DNA of 64,000 nt from Polyangiales bacterium (GTDB taxonomy: Bacteria; Myxococcota_A; Polyangia; Polyangiales; Ga0077539): the NCBI GenBank assembly GCA_044229975.1, contig JBGARZ010000009.1, forward strand, positions 91,947 through 155,946, in the 5' to 3' direction. The translations under genes were made by a program, and so were the position numbers. Under the pieces are notes generated by a model. The model was not told where the DNA came from, did no database searches, and saw only the letters and a list, made by a program, of their open reading frames with translations. This document shows, in pieces, positions 62,386-64,000 of this stretch (positions within the stretch are counted from its first letter, which is position 1; each line of letters begins with the position of its first letter).

Positions 62386-63168
62386 ATGTGCTGGGATGCC
62401 GAGGGTTGTAGCAGAGATCGCGCGGTCGGCGTGGGAGGGGGTTCGCGGTCGGGGGTGTCAACGGCCGTGCACGGTGGGCGGTGGTTGGCGCTACCTTCCG
62501 CCGCAGTGCCCACGCCGAGGTCTCAGCTCGCCGCCCGCCTTGGTCTGGTCGTCGTGGTGGCGGTGGTGCTGCTGGTCGCGCAGCGGATGGGGTTGCTGGC
62601 GCAGTTCGCCGACCTTGGGAGGGCGAGGGCGACGCTGGTGGGGCTCGGGGTGTGGGGCTACGTGGCCTTCGTCGCGGCGTACGCGATGTTCCAGCCGTTC
62701 GGGGTTCCGGGGACGGTGTTTGTCTGGGTGGCGCCGCTGGTGTGGCCTTGGCCGGTGGCCTTCGCGCTGTCGATGACCGGGACCATGGCCGCGAGCGTGG
62801 TGGGGTTCTCGTTCGCGCGCTTCGTGGCCCGCGACTGGATCGCGCCGCGCATCCCGGAGAGGTTCCGCCGCTACGACGAAGCGCTGGCGGAGCGGGGGTT
62901 CCAGACGGTGGCGTTGTTGCGGTTCATCTTCTGGATGCCGCCGCTGCTGCACGCGTTCTTCGGGGTGTCGAAGGTGCGCTTCGCGACGCACTTCTGGGGA
63001 TCGCTGGTGGGGTATCTGGTTCCGCTGTTTCTGGTGAGCTACTTCGGGCAGCGGCTCTTCGACCTGGCGAAGCGGGTGCCGGTGGCGGGGTGGGTCGGGC
63101 TCGGCGCAGCGACGGTGGTGGTCGGGGTCGCGGTGTGGCTGGTGCGACGGCGGCGAAACCAGGGTTGA
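62386..63168 (+). CDS. TVP38/TMEM64 (DedA-like) family membrane protein
   Basis: PFGVPGTVFVWVAPLVW...AFALSMTGTMAASVVGFSFARFVARDW...ALLRFIFWMPP is typical of the SNARE-associated/DedA fold. The true start is probably an internal GTG/ATG near 62560-62600. Confidence 0.65.
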   Translation: MCWDAEGCSRDRAVGVGGGSRSGVSTAVHGGRWLALPSAAVPTPRSQLAARLGLVVVVAVVLLVAQRMGLLAQFADLGRARATLVGLGVWGYVAFVAAYAMFQPFGVPGTVFVWVAPLVWPWPVAFALSMTGTMAASVVGFSFARFVARDWIAPRIPERFRRYDEALAERGFQTVALLRFIFWMPPLLHAFFGVSKVRFATHFWGSLVGYLVPLFLVSYFGQRLFDLAKRVPVAGWVGLGAATVVVGVAVWLVRRRRNQG

Positions 63169-63171
63169 CCC

Positions 63172-63312
63172 TGGGGAGGGGGGTGGGTTGACCGTGGGGG
63201 CGGGGGTGGGTTGAGGCTGGGGAGGGCAGAGGGTCGAGGGTGGGGACGGGGGTGGGTTGAGGGTGGGGACGGGGGTGGGTTGACCGTGGGGAGGGTAGAG
63301 GGTTGAGGGTGG
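63172..63312 (+). repeat. G-rich ~23-bp tandem repeat array, about 6 copies (consensus cgggggtgggttgasggtgggga)
   Basis: Six successive units with G-tracts of 3-5 on the plus strand, immediately after the DedA-like stop. C-rich on the minus strand. Confidence 0.85.
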
Positions 63313-63506
63313 GGTAGCGGTCAATCGATCTGGTAGCGTCGACCCCATGCGGGTCGCGTGCGTGGTCGTGGTCGCCTTGAGCGCGTGGGGATGCGCCGGC
63401 ACGGCGACGAGCCGGGGCGCCGACGCGGGGGACGACGGGCCGGGTCTCGACGCGCCCGCCGCCGCGTGGAGCTGCGTCGTCGGGCCGCTGCCCCGCGCGC
63501 CGTCCG

Positions 63507-64000
63507 CTACTTCCCCCTGAGCTGTCGCCGCTTCAGGTCGACCAGGTCGCGCGCCACCCGGTACACGGTGCGCCATCCCGCGCTCTTGCTCTGCCCCGCG
63601 CGCCGCGGAACACACTCGATGGTCACCACCTTCGAGCGCACCCCGCGTTGCATCGCCCTGATCGGGAACTCGAAGTTCAGGAAGAACGTATCCGGCACCA
63701 GCTCGCGCGCGCTGAACAGCTCCCGCTTGAACAGATACGGCCCGTCGGAGCGCATCGTCACCCCGTGCACCGCGCGGATGAGCCCGCGCACGCCCGCCGA
63801 GAACACCTTCCGCAACAGCCCATCATCCCGGTCGCGGTACACCGAGAACACCACGTCGGCGTCCCCCTCCCCCGCCGCCGCCAGCAACACGTCGAGCTCC
63901 CCCGGCGGAATCTGCCCATCACACGGCAGGAACGTCACCCAAGGCCGCGTCGCCGTCGTCACGCCCGCCTTCAGCGCCCCGCCGATGCCGCGGTTGGCAC
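63507..64000 (-). CDS. Glycosyltransferase family 2 (dolichyl-phosphate/polyprenyl-phosphate sugar transferase-like), 5'-partial at window edge
   Basis: The C-terminal half of a GT2 fold is visible (VVFSVYRDRDDGLLRKVFSAGVRGLIRAVHG..., FKRELF). The N-terminal DXD region would lie beyond 64000. Confidence 0.55.
   Translation of the reverse strand, partial: ANRGIGGALKAGVTTATRPWVTFLPCDGQIPPGELDVLLAAAGEGDADVVFSVYRDRDDGLLRKVFSAGVRGLIRAVHGVTMRSDGPYLFKRELFSARELVPDTFFLNFEFPIRAMQRGVRSKVVTIECVPRRAGQSKSAGWRTVYRVARDLVDLKRRQLRGK

Overview
This window is about 70% GC and gene-dense, and its content looks myxobacterial: many lipoproteins, Ser/Thr kinases, cysteine-rich repeat proteins, an FGE-sulfatase-domain protein and an ECF sigma/anti-sigma pair. 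Most of it is ordinary chromosome. Recognisable housekeeping and accessory genes include MscS, a CDF transporter, a GNAT acetyltransferase, an acyl-CoA dehydrogenase, an NmrA-family protein, CTP synthase, a homocysteine methyltransferase/MTHFR fusion, an MFS transporter, a Dyp peroxidase and an FdrA/DUF1116 pair. Two regions look accessory. The first (about 11.47-15.03 kb) is an ISAzo13-like IS with a frameshifted transposase sitting next to a low-GC gene for a secreted phage tail-collar-domain protein; the whole insert is bracketed by 21-bp inverted repeats. The second (about 27.4-32.4 kb) has two tandem tRNA-Gly genes, then a frameshifted IS4-superfamily-like IS with 13-bp terminal inverted repeats, then a large lipoprotein with a ZU5-like N-terminus. 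The most unusual signals are in the non-coding DNA. Two ~250-bp near-perfect palindromes of one family sit between convergent gene pairs and differ from each other by compensatory changes in their arms. A second hairpin repeat family occurs at two loci. A ~146-bp inverted-repeat element is inserted in-frame in the linker of a giant anti-sigma factor (zf-HC2, TM, FecR, VIT, VWA, TPR). A G-rich 23-bp tandem array lies near the 3' end of the window. An orphan hcp (type VI secretion tube protein) is preceded by a good sigma-54 -24/-12 promoter and followed by a TerB-like/PPP phosphatase gene. Because of the GC bias, many long ORFs in the six-frame track are antisense or out-of-frame artefacts and were not called.
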